This document shows positions 39,309 through 49,377 of a stretch of DNA of 64,000 bases, piece after piece. The position numbers were made by a program, and so were the translations under genes. The number at the start of each line of letters is the position of its first letter. The first letter of the stretch is position 1. Origin of the DNA: Candidatus Woesearchaeota archaeon (GTDB lineage: Archaea; Nanobdellota; Nanobdellia; Woesearchaeales; JABMPP01); the NCBI GenBank assembly GCA_018303405.1, contig JAGVYD010000014.1, positions 9,350 to 73,349 of the forward strand, in the 5' to 3' direction. The notes below the pieces were generated by a model. That model saw only the letters and a program-made list of their open reading frames with translations, had not been told where the DNA came from and did not search any database.

Positions 39309-40892
39309 TCAATGAGCGGAATTTACATAGCATTCGTCACACATATGTGTAGCGGGAAGCCCGATAGCCTGTGACAGTTCCTCTTTTGTTGCATAAACCA
39401 GGGCTTCATTCTCCTGCATCCCGAGTGCCTTCTTAATTTCAGGAAGTGATTTCCCGTGCGCAATAAGCTCCTCAGTTGTGTGGAAATCAATTGCATGGTT
39501 GCATGGGTGCCTTATGGCAGGGAAGGTGATAAACAGATGGATCTCTTTGGCGCCAAGATGCCTTAGGTACTTGATATCATGCTTGATGGTTGTGCCCCTG
39601 ACTATGGAATCATCCACAATTATGACATATTTCCCCTCAACCTCCTCCCTGAAGACATAATGGTCGGCTATGGTGTCCAGTTCCCTGTGCTCCTGGGTTG
39701 GCTGGAGGAATATCCTCGGCGAGAATGGGTGCTTTTCAATTGATGAATTGTAGGCAATGCCGGTTGTATTTGCCAGGTGTATGGCTGCTGCCTCAGCTGT
39801 CCGCGGGACAGGGCAAATGATCAAGTCTGTTTTGTGCTTCATTAAATGATTGTATTCAGGGGTGGACATGAACCGCTTCCACATTGCGTCGACTATTAAT
39901 TTCCTGATGTTTTTTACAAGGTTGTTGTTGAGATAGGAGGATGCCCGCATAAAATATGATGCTTCAAAAGGGCATAATTTTATTCTGGAAGGCATTATTT
40001 GCTTTCTTATCACGTCAAGGCTGCTGTTGATAAAAATCATCTCGCCCGGCGCTATTTCATCATAAGCCTGCCGGCCTGATGCATAGAGCTTGTTTGATGT
40101 GCCCTTGAAAAGCATTTTTTCGAGTGCAATTGTTTCAGAGGCAAACGCATAATCAGTGATTTCGCCTTCATTGCCATCATGCTCCCGTGCCACGCCATAG
40201 AACAACGGCCTTCTTCCTTCCGGGTCCCGGAATGCGACCAGGCCGACATTATTGATTATGGCAATAGCGCTGTATGTTGCCTTAACACGCTCCATGACAC
40301 CCCTGACAGCCATCTCAATCTTCTTGCCGTCGTCCAAACTCTCCGAATTCGAATGGAATTCCTCTGAAAATACCTTGAGGATTGCCTCCACATCATTGTT
40401 GCCAGCTTTCCTGAGCCCAAGATTTGTAAAGTATGCATCTATTTCAGCGTAGTTGTGCACATCTCCATTGTGCACGATTACAATTCCGCCGTGCGGGGCG
40501 TGCAGTGGCTGGATGCTGGCCTGGCTCATCCTGGATTTCTCCTCGTGGGACAAGTCCTTGTCCGATGCTGAGACTGTATAGCCTGCTGTGGGGTACCTGA
40601 CCTGGCCAACCCCCATGAACCCGGTCATCTGGGAAAGCTTGGCCTTTGTGAATACCTCTGACACCTTGCCATGCCCTTTTTCAATCTTTAAGGGATTCAG
40701 GTCAAGGACTGTGTGCTCAACGGCCAGCTCGCGGAGCATTTTTTGCTTTTGCTTGTTTATAGAGAATTTTCTGATTGTCGCGACGCCAGCGGAAAAATCG
40801 CCCCGGTTTTGCAGCTGGTACAGCCCGTGCGCTACAAGGGCGCCCATATCTTTCCGGTTTTGATTAGATATTATCCCTATGACCCCGCACAT
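39309..40892 (-). CDS. purF: Second, divergent amidophosphoribosyltransferase
   Basis: MCGVIG, QNRG, QVRYPTAG, HNG and VDDSIVRGTT. Confidence 0.85.
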   Translation of the reverse strand: MCGVIGIISNQNRKDMGALVAHGLYQLQNRGDFSAGVATIRKFSINKQKQKMLRELAVEHTVLDLNPLKIEKGHGKVSEVFTKAKLSQMTGFMGVGQVRYPTAGYTVSASDKDLSHEEKSRMSQASIQPLHAPHGGIVIVHNGDVHNYAEIDAYFTNLGLRKAGNNDVEAILKVFSEEFHSNSESLDDGKKIEMAVRGVMERVKATYSAIAIINNVGLVAFRDPEGRRPLFYGVAREHDGNEGEITDYAFASETIALEKMLFKGTSNKLYASGRQAYDEIAPGEMIFINSSLDVIRKQIMPSRIKLCPFEASYFMRASSYLNNNLVKNIRKLIVDAMWKRFMSTPEYNHLMKHKTDLIICPVPRTAEAAAIHLANTTGIAYNSSIEKHPFSPRIFLQPTQEHRELDTIADHYVFREEVEGKYVIIVDDSIVRGTTIKHDIKYLRHLGAKEIHLFITFPAIRHPCNHAIDFHTTEELIAHGKSLPEIKKALGMQENEALVYATKEELSQAIGLPATHMCDECYVNSAH

Positions 40893-40967
40893 GATTTTAT
40901 GAGAAGGGGAGGTGGTTTATAAAATTACTGCTAATGGTTATGAGGGAGCCGGGACACTTGTGCACAA

Positions 40968-41765
40968 TTACACAAGCGGTGTCTTTCCGCCGTAAAGTGC
41001 AGAGAATTTGCCGCCCTTGAATTCCAGCGTGAAGATATCTGTGTTCACTTTGGTCGCCCTCATTTTGACGACCCTGATATTTCTGTCAATTTTGCGCGCC
41101 CGGGGGGCAAGTTCCACATGGATTATGCCATCCGCCAGGAAATCTTCAATTTGGTATTCGCCATATTTATCTCCTGTTAGCCGCATCTCAGAAATCAAAA
41201 GTGAGGTAATTGACAAATCGCGGAAAAATTCAAACAGGTAAAACAGCTGTGTCCTTGCATTGGCAAAATCTGAGAGCACGTAAAGCGCTGACAGCGAGTC
41301 CAGTGCAAAAATGCCCAAATCACAGTTTTCCCTGACTTTTTTCAGTATGTTTTTCAGGACATTCAGCCAGTCGCCGGCCTGTTTGTCGCTCAGTGATTTG
41401 ACTTGTTTTCTGATTGCCCCGAGGTCAGTGATTATCATTGCGCCTTTTCCTGATTTTACCCTCGCAACTGCGTCATTGATCTTGCCAATGTCATCCAAAA
41501 TGACCAAGTTGATTTGCTTCAGGTCAAACCCCATGTTCACAAGGTGCTTAACCAGGCTTTGGTAGGACTGTTCCAAAGACAAGTAAAGGCCGATCTTGCC
41601 TTTCAGCGCCTCGTTGTAAAGAACATTGAATGTAATGGAAGATTTCATTGTGCCGGCTGTTCCAGCTATAAGAACTACATGGCCTTCAGGTATGCCACCC
41701 TGTATTTCACTATCGAGATTGCTTATGTATGTTGGCACCCTTCTAAGCTCGAACTCTCCCGCCAT
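40968..41765 (-). CDS. KaiC/RAD55-like RecA-superfamily ATPase
   Basis: GGIPEG, Walker A GTAGTMKS, SLEQ, ALDSL, DFLADGII and VVKMR. Confidence 0.88.
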   Translation of the reverse strand: MAGEFELRRVPTYISNLDSEIQGGIPEGHVVLIAGTAGTMKSSITFNVLYNEALKGKIGLYLSLEQSYQSLVKHLVNMGFDLKQINLVILDDIGKINDAVARVKSGKGAMIITDLGAIRKQVKSLSDKQAGDWLNVLKNILKKVRENCDLGIFALDSLSALYVLSDFANARTQLFYLFEFFRDLSITSLLISEMRLTGDKYGEYQIEDFLADGIIHVELAPRARKIDRNIRVVKMRATKVNTDIFTLEFKGGKFSALYGGKTPLV

Positions 41766-41977
41766 CTTGACCTCTTTTTTGTTCAACTGCCATGCATCGC
41801 ATTATGCATGAGCCAATGCCCTGTGCAATCACATATTATATTGTTATTATATTAACCTTATATTAACCTTGAATATTATGTCTTATGGGTTATATATTTT
41901 ATATATTGCCTTTTCATGGTGGACATTGCATCCGGCAGTATTTCGCTTTTATGGGATGTTGATTGCTTAATGCTTAT

Positions 41978-43240
41978 TTAAGTTTTGTGCTTCAGCACAG
42001 TCATTTTACCCTTTCCTGTTGTCACGACTATGCTCACCTTTGCAGCATCAAGGCTTGAGCCCACTATCATGCCATCTGTCTTGTATTCCCAGATTTTCTT
42101 CCCGATGTACCTTCCAGGCGGGATTGTCATGATATCAGAATAGCTCCCTGACTGCTGTGTAATCCCTGCAACACCAGGCACATAATTCAGCAGGAATTGG
42201 CCTTCAGCATCCAGGACATACACTGAATGATCGTATGAGCATGCGACAATCTCAAGCCTCCCATCCCCATCCACATCAGCCGCTATTGGAGGGGCAACGA
42301 CCCAAAAGCTGGTTTCGTAGCTCCAAAGCTTGTTGCCATCTGAAGCCAGCGCATATACCTGGTCATCACAGCATCCGAACAATACTTCCATTTTTTTATC
42401 GCCGTTTATGTCCGCCAGTGTGGCAGAAGAGGGAATGCTGGCCCCTGCCTTGTATGTCCAAAGGACTTCGCCATTATGGTCAAAGAGGTACAAAAACCCG
42501 TCATTTGTCCCCACGACAATATGGTCTTCGCCGTCCCCGAAAACATCGCCAACTGCAGGCGATGCAGTGATTTTTCCCTGGCATTTGTGCTTCCAAACCA
42601 GCTTGCCTTCAATGGAAATGCAGTACAGGGTTCCGTCATTGCTCCCAAATACAAGGCGCCTTTTCCCGCCCACCATCAGGAAAGCAGGGGATGACTCAAT
42701 TCCGGATGCTGCCTTGCTAATCCACTTAAGCCCGCCCAGGCTGTCAAGGCAATACAAATTTGAATCGCTGCTGCCGAAAAGGATGTCCTCAATCCTTTCA
42801 TGCCCGTCAATGGAAATAAGGGGCGTTGTCTTTACCGGGCCTTTTGCCTGGAACTCCCACATGTAATTGCCATTTGAGTCAAGTGCATAGACCGAGCCAT
42901 CATCCCTGCCAAAGACAATCTCCATGTTGCCGTCATAGTTGATGTCCATTATCCTTGGCTCTGATTGTATGGATTCTGAGAATTCTGTAGGCTGGAACAA
43001 TTGCTGCATGTCTGTTTTTGCAGCCTTGGCTGGCGAAAACACCCATTCGATCTTGTCTTCCTTCACGGCAAACAGCCTGCCGTCCTTGGTGCCGAAAACA
43101 GCCACATGCTGCCTCATTTTGTCGAGGTCGGCAATGATAGGCCTTGTGGTTATGTCAGTCTTGATATCTAGGCTGGAGGACATCTCAAGCCTGCCTGTCC
43201 TTTTTCCAAGAAGATGCTGCACTGAATTGTAAAGTCCCAT
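41978..43240 (-). CDS. PQQ-like/FG-GAP beta-propeller protein
   Basis: Repeated DxNGDG..E..FG.xD..LY.L...G...W units. Confidence 0.85.
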   Translation of the reverse strand: MGLYNSVQHLLGKRTGRLEMSSSLDIKTDITTRPIIADLDKMRQHVAVFGTKDGRLFAVKEDKIEWVFSPAKAAKTDMQQLFQPTEFSESIQSEPRIMDINYDGNMEIVFGRDDGSVYALDSNGNYMWEFQAKGPVKTTPLISIDGHERIEDILFGSSDSNLYCLDSLGGLKWISKAASGIESSPAFLMVGGKRRLVFGSNDGTLYCISIEGKLVWKHKCQGKITASPAVGDVFGDGEDHIVVGTNDGFLYLFDHNGEVLWTYKAGASIPSSATLADINGDKKMEVLFGCCDDQVYALASDGNKLWSYETSFWVVAPPIAADVDGDGRLEIVACSYDHSVYVLDAEGQFLLNYVPGVAGITQQSGSYSDIMTIPPGRYIGKKIWEYKTDGMIVGSSLDAAKVSIVVTTGKGKMTVLKHKT

Positions 43241-43382
43241 CCAGGCTCTACCATATTTTGGCGGATATATAAATTTTTCTCAGTGGCGCATAAAGGACTC
43301 ATTTATTGAAAGGCGTTAGATGTAAAAATAGGTTGGAATGCCTTTGCAAATCTTTTTAAATGACCATTATTATCACTGTGTA

Positions 43383-44744
43383 ATGGATGCAAATAGACGT
43401 GTTGTTATAACAGGTGCCGGAGTTGTTTCCCCTATAGGCAATGATGTTGAAACATTCTGGAATAATTTACTTGCGGGAAAGTCAGGCGTAATTGCAGTTG
43501 ATGAAGACTGGATTGGCAGACAGACTGAGGTTATGGACCGCGGTGAAAAAAAAATAATTGATGTTTTTCAAACACGTGTTTACGCACCGGTTAGGGATTT
43601 TGATGAGAGCAGGCTTGGCTTCAGGGAAGGCCAAAGAAGCGATTTTGTCTCAAAATTTGCAATCGATGCAGCTCGACAAGCTATTGAGAATGCGGGCCTG
43701 GAAACTAGATTGGTTGGCCCGGACAAGCAGAAACAATATGAAATTCTTGGGATTGATACAGATCGGGCTGGTGTAATGATAGGAACGGGCATCGGCGGCC
43801 AGACAACAGATGTCGAAAATTATGAAAGATACTTAAAAGGTGATTATAGAAACATTAGCCCATTGGCAGTGCCAATGATTATGGCAAATGCTGTGCCCGG
43901 AATGCCTGCTATAAAATACAAGTTTCACGGTCCATCGGGCGTAATTGCAACCGCATGTGCAACAGGAACAGACACCATTGGACATGCATATCAGCAAATT
44001 ATTCTCGGAAAAGCTGATTTAATGCTGGCTGGTGGTTCTGAAGCTCTGCTTAGGGATGGAGGTTATACATTTTATCTTTTTAATAAGGCAGGTGCAATGA
44101 CAACAAGGCACTATGACGACCCCACAAAAGCCAGCCGGCCATTTGATAAAGACAGGGATGGGTTTGTGATGGGAGAAGGAGCAGGTGTACTAGTGCTTGA
44201 AGAGCTTGAACATGCAAAAGCAAGAAATGCACCAATACTTGCTGAGGTTGTAAATTATCATTCAACAACTGATGCATATAATCTTACAGATCCTGATCCA
44301 AATGGCACACAAGTAATCAGGCTTATGAAGGAAGTTATGGCTGAACGAGGCATTGACCCAAAAGAAGTTGATTACATCAATGCACACGGCACATCAACAA
44401 TAAAAAATGATGAAGCTGAAACTCAGGCAATAAAGGCTGTTTTTGGGGATCATGCGTATAATCTATTGGTCAATTCATCTAAGTCAATGATTGGGCATTC
44501 GTTGGGCGCCAGCGGGGCACTGGAAGCAATTGCCACTGCACTTTCGCTCAAGCATGGCAAGGTGCACCCGACAATTAATTATGAAACGGTTGATCCTGGC
44601 GACCCCAAAATACCAGGCTCGGCCCTTGATTTAAATTTTGTGCCTGATGTGGCAGTTGTGCAGCCGATTAGAATTGCTTTGACTAATTCTTATGGATTTG
44701 GCGGGCATAATGCAACTTTGCTTTTGGCAAAATATGAAGGCTAA
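43383..44744 (+). CDS. fabF: Beta-ketoacyl-ACP synthase II
   Basis: RRVVITG, TACATG, SRPFDKDRDGFVMGEGAG, NAHGTST, KSMIGH and NSYGFGGHN. Confidence 0.95.
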   Translation: MDANRRVVITGAGVVSPIGNDVETFWNNLLAGKSGVIAVDEDWIGRQTEVMDRGEKKIIDVFQTRVYAPVRDFDESRLGFREGQRSDFVSKFAIDAARQAIENAGLETRLVGPDKQKQYEILGIDTDRAGVMIGTGIGGQTTDVENYERYLKGDYRNISPLAVPMIMANAVPGMPAIKYKFHGPSGVIATACATGTDTIGHAYQQIILGKADLMLAGGSEALLRDGGYTFYLFNKAGAMTTRHYDDPTKASRPFDKDRDGFVMGEGAGVLVLEELEHAKARNAPILAEVVNYHSTTDAYNLTDPDPNGTQVIRLMKEVMAERGIDPKEVDYINAHGTSTIKNDEAETQAIKAVFGDHAYNLLVNSSKSMIGHSLGASGALEAIATALSLKHGKVHPTINYETVDPGDPKIPGSALDLNFVPDVAVVQPIRIALTNSYGFGGHNATLLLAKYEG

Positions 44745-44775
44745 TTTCCGATTTTAGTATTTTGTTTTATTCTTG

Positions 44776-44939
44776 GGCTTTGTCCGAAAAGTTAGTTTGG
44801 GCATCAATTTTGCGAAGTCCATTCCAGGATGGGTTAGGCATTTTTCGGGGTTGCAGAGGAGAAAAATGCAATTTGCGAGAAGCTGCAATGCTGAGCGGAT
44901 GCCCAAACCAAGCCGAAAGGCGAGTTTTCGGACAAAGCC
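44776..44939 (+). mobile_element. MITE copy B1 (164 bp)
   Basis: Perfect 15-bp TIR ggctttgtccgaaaa/ttttcggacaaagcc; TSD ttattcttg/ttattctag. Confidence 0.85.
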
Positions 44940-44984
44940 TTATTCTAGACAAAATTTATATAACCCCTATTGTTGATTGAGACA

Positions 44985-46706
44985 ATGGACAATAAGAACA
45001 ACAATCACAAAAATAATTTGCACAATAATAAAACCAATGGAAAGAATGGCAACCATAAAAATGATAATAAAAATAATCACAATAACCAGAAGGCAGAAGA
45101 CTTTGAGGGATTATTCTGGGCTGACCAGCTGGCTGAAGAGATTATTGGCAGGGAAAAATTTCGTTATCTGGAGCAGGAAACTCCCAAATTCGACAAATTT
45201 ACAGTGAAAACTTCTGCTTCCCTGTCAGGCGTTCTCCATATAGGGAGATTGAGTGATACAATAAGGGGAAGCTCGGTTTACCAGGCCTTGAAGGATGCCG
45301 GAGCCAAGGCACGGCTGATCTGGGTGGCTGAGGACATGGACCCCTTGCGAAAAGTCCCTGAAGGAGTGCCCAAAGACTATGAAAAATATATCGGGATGCC
45401 AGTTACAGACCTGCCGGACCCGGAAGGATGCCACAAAAGCTATGCCGACCACCACGTTGCCGAGTATTTCAAGGTCCTGGATGAATTCGTGACTGAAAAA
45501 ATGGAAAAGTTTTCCATGCGCGCGGAATACAAGGCAGGAAATTTCAGGCCTTATATCAAAAAAATCCTGGACCAAATCGAGACAATAATTGAAATCCAGA
45601 ACAGGTACAGGACTAATGCCCTGAAAAAAGGATGGTCGCCCTGGACCCCGATTTGTGACAATTGCGGGAAAATAATTACCCCGAAGGTGACTGGCTTTGA
45701 AGGCGGCAAAGTCCAGTATGTTTGCAAGGATTATGCATTTGAAAAATATACTGCCACAGGATGCGGCCATCGTGGGGAAAATGACCCTTTGAAGGGCAAT
45801 GGCAAGCTGGTCTGGAAAAGCGAATGGGCAAGCCAATGGGCCTTGTGGAAAGTTGTTTCAGAGGGCGCGGGAAAGGAATACCAGGTGCCGAACAGTGCAT
45901 TCTGGATTAATGCTGAAATTGTGGAAAAGGTGCATGGCTTTCCGAGCCCGGTCCCGATTTTTTATGAGCATTTGATGATTGACAATGTCAAGATGTCAGC
46001 CTCGCTTGGCAATGTGGTTTACCCGTCGGACTGGCTGGAGGTTGCGTCGCCCGAGCTTCTCAGGCTTTTTTACAACAAGAGGCTCATGACCACAAGAAGC
46101 TTTTCCTGGAAGGATTTGCCTGTTTTATATGATGAGGAGGATTATTATGCAGGTGTCAGCGCCGGCGAAATTATCCTGGAGAACAAGAAGGAAGAGGCGC
46201 ACATCAAAAGGCTCTTCCAGATATCCCACGGCCATGCTGAAACCAGGACATGCCCCGTGTCATTTTCCCATGCAATTGTTGTTTCCCAGATCTCAAACAA
46301 GGATGAAGACATAGTCAAGAGCCTGAAAAAAACAGGGCAGTACGATGACGCCAGGAAGGATATAATTTGGGAAAGGATTGGCAAAGTCAGGAGATGGCTT
46401 GACAAATATGCGCCAGTCGAGGCAAAATTCGAAGTCATGGAAGAGATTCCAAAGGGATTGTCATTGAGTTCAGCACAAAAAAAAGCGCTGCACACTCTTG
46501 CCGGGAGGCTTTTGGAAAAAGAATGGCAGGAAAAGGAGCTTTTTGAGGAAATTTATGCCATTGCGAAGGAGCTGGGCATGCAGGGCAGGGAGGTTTTTGA
46601 GGCAGGCTACAGGGTTTTGCTGGACAAGACAAGGGGGCCAAAGCTCGCCCCATTTATTTTGATGCTTGGCAGGGAAAAAGTGGCAGGAATGTTTAAAGAA
46701 GTGTAG
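44985..46706 (+). CDS. lysS: Class I lysyl-tRNA synthetase
   Basis: FWAD, SGVLHIG, DMDPLRKVP, KMSASLGN and RGPKLAPF. Confidence 0.96.
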   Translation: MDNKNNNHKNNLHNNKTNGKNGNHKNDNKNNHNNQKAEDFEGLFWADQLAEEIIGREKFRYLEQETPKFDKFTVKTSASLSGVLHIGRLSDTIRGSSVYQALKDAGAKARLIWVAEDMDPLRKVPEGVPKDYEKYIGMPVTDLPDPEGCHKSYADHHVAEYFKVLDEFVTEKMEKFSMRAEYKAGNFRPYIKKILDQIETIIEIQNRYRTNALKKGWSPWTPICDNCGKIITPKVTGFEGGKVQYVCKDYAFEKYTATGCGHRGENDPLKGNGKLVWKSEWASQWALWKVVSEGAGKEYQVPNSAFWINAEIVEKVHGFPSPVPIFYEHLMIDNVKMSASLGNVVYPSDWLEVASPELLRLFYNKRLMTTRSFSWKDLPVLYDEEDYYAGVSAGEIILENKKEEAHIKRLFQISHGHAETRTCPVSFSHAIVVSQISNKDEDIVKSLKKTGQYDDARKDIIWERIGKVRRWLDKYAPVEAKFEVMEEIPKGLSLSSAQKKALHTLAGRLLEKEWQEKELFEEIYAIAKELGMQGREVFEAGYRVLLDKTRGPKLAPFILMLGREKVAGMFKEV

Positions 46707-46746
46707 TGCATCGGGCTTGTGGGCAATACTGCCGACTATCAGGATA

Positions 46747-47673
46747 TTATTTTTTCGCTGTTTTCTTCTTCTTTGGCGGCATTATGGAATAAACAACTGT
46801 TTTGTATGTTTTATGGGGCCTGAATTTTTTCTTGAAGAACAGCATGGGGGCATCGCTCCCGCCAAGGTTGACCTCATGGAATTTCATTTTTTTGAGGTAT
46901 GACAGCTCATCGATGTATGCTGTTTCGCCCAAGCCATCAGCACTGTAATCAAGGATGCCTATCGCGGAGTAGGCTTTTTTTGAGTTTGGGATTCGCCAGC
47001 CGGCTGAAATAGTTGCCGGCTTTCCATCAACAAGAATGCTCCTTGCATAATCGCAGCCCTTGAAATTATTGTCAATAAGCTTGATATATTTCCCAATTTC
47101 TGCGCGGTCTCTCAGGGCCCTTTTTCTCACCCATCGCTTTACAAGCTCCTTCAATTGCGATTTCTTGAGTGACCTGGATGAGACAATCCTGACTTTGTGG
47201 AAACGATAGAGCCTGTTGCGCAAATTGCGGATTTTTTTCCAATTTTTGCCGGGTATATTTTCGTCAAAGCCTTTGATCTTGAACAGCGGCCAGTGGAGCG
47301 AGTAGTTTATGCGCGGGAAATGAAATTCATTTTTTGCCTTCTTCATGACAGACTTGCGCAAATTTTCCCGCGTCTCCACAACAACCTTTTTTGCCTTGTC
47401 GTGCCCGATGGCGAAGTTAACAAAGTCAATAAAGATTTTCTGCCTTATTTTGGCAGGGGCAATGACCTCGTCAAATGTGTGCCATGTGCCTTTGCGGCCG
47501 CGCAGCGCAAGAACTCCCATATGTTTCCCAAAGTGGACAAAAACAGGCCTGCACCCTTTTTCCCCCATGTAAAGATAATGCTGATAATTGTGCTCTGGCC
47601 CGGTGCCGTATTTCCTGATTGCCTTAAGCACAATTCTTTTATGCGCCTTAAGCTGCAATATTTTTATTGCCAT
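46747..47673 (-). CDS. DUF2156/phosphatidylglycerol lysyltransferase C-terminal-like (GNAT/FemAB fold) protein
   Basis: GKNWKKIRNLRNR, VDGKP, VNLGG and FKKKFRP motifs; no TM domain. Confidence 0.65.
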   Translation of the reverse strand: MAIKILQLKAHKRIVLKAIRKYGTGPEHNYQHYLYMGEKGCRPVFVHFGKHMGVLALRGRKGTWHTFDEVIAPAKIRQKIFIDFVNFAIGHDKAKKVVVETRENLRKSVMKKAKNEFHFPRINYSLHWPLFKIKGFDENIPGKNWKKIRNLRNRLYRFHKVRIVSSRSLKKSQLKELVKRWVRKRALRDRAEIGKYIKLIDNNFKGCDYARSILVDGKPATISAGWRIPNSKKAYSAIGILDYSADGLGETAYIDELSYLKKMKFHEVNLGGSDAPMLFFKKKFRPHKTYKTVVYSIMPPKKKKTAKK

Positions 47674-47798
47674 TGATGAATCATTGACTGATATCTATTT
47701 ATGTTTTTTTATATTTTATGATTGAAGATGTGCATAAAGTAGAGTAGGCAATCATAAATGGAAAAAATCACAGGCAATGATAAAGAAAAACACAAAAA

Positions 47799-48863
47799 TT
47801 ACTTTGCTTCCGGGTTTGGGCTTTCAAGCTGGGAATTAAGCTTGTTGGCATCAATCTCTGTCATATTGTATATTTCATGCTTGATGCCGTACCTGTCCAG
47901 GGCTATTGTGAAAATCCTGTTGATCATCTCATTATAAGTGATGCCAAGAGATTTTGCCGCTTTTGGCAGGGTGTTGTCAGCGCTTATGCCTGGATTTGGG
48001 TTTAATTCGAGGACATAAGGCGTTCCATCTGCTGAGAGCCTGAAATCAATTCTCCCGTAATCCCTTGCGCCAAGAATCTTATAAGTGTCGAGGGCAATCT
48101 TCCTTAGCTTGACCTCCAGGCTTTTTGGCAGGTCTACGGGGCATATCTCAACGCTTTTCTGGAAAATTTCGCTTTCCTTGTCCCACTTTGCATCATAGGT
48201 GAAAATCCTGTGCATACCTGGCTCAAGCTCGCCAAAGACAATTTCACTGACAGGCAAGGCCTGGGCTGTGCCATTGTTGCCCCACACACCAACTGCAAAC
48301 TCCCTCCCGTCAATATACTCTTCCACAAGGGCAGGCTGGTTATATGTGCGGATAATGTAGCTGACCCTCCTCATTAATTCTTTCTCATCATTTACAATTG
48401 CGTCATTGGTTATGCCAATGCTGTTGTCCATGGCAACTGGCTTGACAATGAGCGGGAAAGTCAGGTCAGGGCTCACTTTCTTGTTCCTGGAATAGAAAAC
48501 CTGGAATTTCGGAGTCGGGATGCCGTAATAATTCAAAATTTCCTTGACTTTGACCTTGTTCATGCACAGTGCAAGTGTCAATGGCGCTGAGCCTGTGTAA
48601 GGGATTCCAAGAAGCTCCAGCATCGCCGCGACATGAGGCTCAAAGAAGCTGTTGCCATTAAACCTTTCGCAGACATTGAATGCCATGTCCACATTTGCCT
48701 TTCTGAGCTTCTCAAAGGTTTTTTCATTCACATCAAAGAATGACACTTCATGGCCATACTCCTTAAGCGCTGTGACAACGCTTCTGCCAACTTCGACAAG
48801 GTCGTCCTCGACTTCCTTGAACTCATTATCCTCGAAGACATTTGAAAGAACCGCGACCCTCAT
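47799..48863 (-). CDS. D-Ala-D-Ala ligase-like ATP-grasp protein
   Basis: LGIPYTGS, PLIVKP, LVEEYIDGREF, GRIDFR and LELNPNPG. Confidence 0.9.
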   Translation of the reverse strand: MRVAVLSNVFEDNEFKEVEDDLVEVGRSVVTALKEYGHEVSFFDVNEKTFEKLRKANVDMAFNVCERFNGNSFFEPHVAAMLELLGIPYTGSAPLTLALCMNKVKVKEILNYYGIPTPKFQVFYSRNKKVSPDLTFPLIVKPVAMDNSIGITNDAIVNDEKELMRRVSYIIRTYNQPALVEEYIDGREFAVGVWGNNGTAQALPVSEIVFGELEPGMHRIFTYDAKWDKESEIFQKSVEICPVDLPKSLEVKLRKIALDTYKILGARDYGRIDFRLSADGTPYVLELNPNPGISADNTLPKAAKSLGITYNEMINRIFTIALDRYGIKHEIYNMTEIDANKLNSQLESPNPEAK

Positions 48864-49271
48864 AAGCGCACCCTCGGTACATTGATTGCACAGAAATTTT
48901 TAGACAAAACTGTCACAGTCTTGGTTTTTGAGAACAGACTGGATTTCTCATGGCTGGATTGGTCAACTCTGGCTACCATTTTTTGCTAGTCGTTGCTGTT
49001 TCCAGCCGTTTTAGTTGGTTAATTGAGATTTTCATTTCAATTTTTTATAAATTATGTCCTAGCTAATATTTAAATATTTTTATTTTGCGCGGAATTTTTT
49101 TGGAATTTTGATGAAATTTGATAAAAAAATGGCTGAAATCGGTTCTAATCGCATATTTTTGCCTAAAATCAGCAATAAAACCGCAAAAGCAAAAAAAATT
49201 AGAATAAAAAAATGCAAAATCCGACCGGAATCAATCAACAGATAATTAACAAATACATTTCAGGCACTCAA

Positions 49272-49364
49272 CTAATCATTGTCATCAGGGTCATTCCCAT
49301 CAAAATTGTCTCCCCAGTCATCGTCTGAATCATCATCAAAATAATTTTTCCATGGTCCTTCCAT
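49272..49364 (-). CDS. Asp-rich micropeptide (30 aa, not in ORF track)
   Basis: MEGPWKNYFDDDSDDDWGDNFDGNDPDDND preceded by strong SD GGAGGTGA. Confidence 0.55.
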   Translation of the reverse strand: MEGPWKNYFDDDSDDDWGDNFDGNDPDDND

Positions 49365-49377
49365 CCTTCTCACCTCC

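Noticed and set aside
47799-48863. Peptidoglycan synthesis implied by a ddl-like gene
   Set aside because: No mur genes or racemase in the window and the host is archaeal; only the ATP-grasp fold is supported.
48860-48979. 39-codon ORF overlapping the ATP-grasp start (MVARVDQSSH...)
   Set aside because: No SD site or motif; could be chance in a long leader.
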